Below, one piece after another: positions 63,348 to 64,000 of a DNA stretch of 64,000 nt. Source of the stretch: Betaproteobacteria bacterium (GTDB taxonomy: Bacteria > Pseudomonadota > Gammaproteobacteria > Burkholderiales > SG8-39). How positions within the stretch are numbered: position 1 is the first letter of the stretch; the number at the start of each line of letters is the position of its first letter. The translations under genes were made by a program, and so were the position numbers. The DNA lies in the NCBI GenBank assembly GCA_947479645.1, contig CANKAJ010000001.1, forward strand, positions 75,537 to 139,536. Reading direction: 5' to 3'. Under the pieces are notes generated by a model. The model ran no database searches. It worked only from the letters and a program-made list of their open reading frames with translations, and was not told the origin of the DNA.

Positions 63348-63730
63348 GGCGCTTCGCCCTCCACAATCACATAGGCAGCTGCCATGCTGACCTCGTCAGT
63401 AAGAGACACATGCACATTGGTAATGCCACGGCTTTTCAGCAAGACTTCTAACGCAGGAGAAAATTTGAGCACAGGCTTGCCCGATCGGGCGTTTTCGACG
63501 CCAACGTTATGCCAGTTCACCGGATAACGAATTCCGGTTCCAAGCGCCTTTGAAAATGCCTCCTTGGCAGCAAAACGTTTGGCAAGATAGGCCGCCGGCT
63601 TACGGTGCCGGCGAAAACGCACCATTTCGGCCTCGACAAGTATCTTGCCTGCGAAGCGCTCCCCAAAGCGATCCAGTGCACTCTGAATCCGGCCAATTTC
63701 GCATAAGTCCATGCCAATACCCAGAATCAT
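63344..63730 (-). CDS. acpS: Holo-[acyl-carrier-protein] synthase
   Basis: MILGIGMDLCEIGRI...FAAKEAFSKALGTG is the canonical AcpS sequence. It has 4-nt overlaps with both neighbours. Confidence 0.95.
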   Translation of the reverse strand: MILGIGMDLCEIGRIQSALDRFGERFAGKILVEAEMVRFRRHRKPAAYLAKRFAAKEAFSKALGTGIRYPVNWHNVGVENARSGKPVLKFSPALEVLLKSRGITNVHVSLTDEVSMAAAYVIVEGEAP

Positions 63731-64000
63731 GAGGGCGATCCATTACCCTTTGCAATCGCAGCCAGATACTGGCGCACGGTTGTTGAAAGCCCGAACTCAA
63801 GGGCATCGGCAATTAATGCATGCCCGATGGAAACCTCCAGCACATTAGGCACGCCTGCCAGAAAAGCTGGAAGATTGTCGCAATTGAGGTCATGTCCGGC
63901 GTTAACGGCAAGGCCGGCATTCTGGGCCGCCAGTGCGGCCGCGGCAAAGCTCGACAATGAATCTTTTTGCAAAGAAGTGCCAAATGCAAGCGCATAGGGC
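63727..64000 (-). CDS. pdxJ: Pyridoxine 5'-phosphate synthase PdxJ (C-terminal part; gene continues beyond window end)
   Basis: VNAGHDLNCDNLPAFL...VLEVSIGHALIADALEFGL is the conserved PdxJ C-terminus. The ORF is open at 64000. Confidence 0.88.
   Translation of the reverse strand, partial: PYALAFGTSLQKDSLSSFAAAALAAQNAGLAVNAGHDLNCDNLPAFLAGVPNVLEVSIGHALIADALEFGLSTTVRQYLAAIAKGNGSPS

Overview
The window looks like a contiguous piece of betaproteobacterial-type core chromosome, judged from gene content and synteny. It holds about 60 protein genes, almost all on the minus strand, and 4 tRNAs. I found no rRNA, CRISPR array, transposase, integrase or phage genes.

Left two thirds (1-41.9 kb): strongly conserved housekeeping blocks.
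- LIV-type ABC transporter, then dnaB-rplI-rpsR-priB-rpsF, rlmB-rnr and tRNA-Leu(CAG).
- The classic run purA-hisZ-DUF2065-hflC-hflK-hflX-hfq-der-bamB-yfgM-hisS-ispG-rodZ-pilW-rlmN-ndk.
- pnp-rpsO-truB-rbfA-infB-nusA-rimP, then rluB-scpB-scpA-trpS-M50 protease-yciO-yciV.

Right third (41.9-58.5 kb): visibly more GC-rich and carrying the poorly characterised content.
- A gamma-carbonic-anhydrase-like gene and a histidine-phosphatase gene; the phosphatase sits behind a perfect 10-bp inverted repeat.
- A GldA/GldF/GldG-like ABC operon ending in a DUF4340 gene.
- fdxA translationally coupled to a 1197-aa single-chain GltD/NfnB-like plus PyrK/NfnA-like Fe-S flavoprotein, followed by an MFS transporter.
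- A convergent spacer with a 16/19 Fur-box match beside an orphan near-consensus sigma70 promoter.
- DUF1178, then a tightly coupled three-gene redox cassette: FAD-linked oxidase, a GlcF-like Fe-S protein lacking CCG cysteines, and a geranylgeranyl-reductase-like flavoprotein.

The window ends with tRNA-Leu(UAA)/Cys/Gly, pgsA-uvrC, a family-5-like UDG, nagZ, acpS and a partial pdxJ.

One nucleotide-level anomaly stands out: rlmN is split by a frameshift inside an 11-nt homopolymer. It is the longest of several G-runs that encode Gly-Gly-Gly.

All calls come from reading the ORF translations and the sequence by eye. No database search was run.
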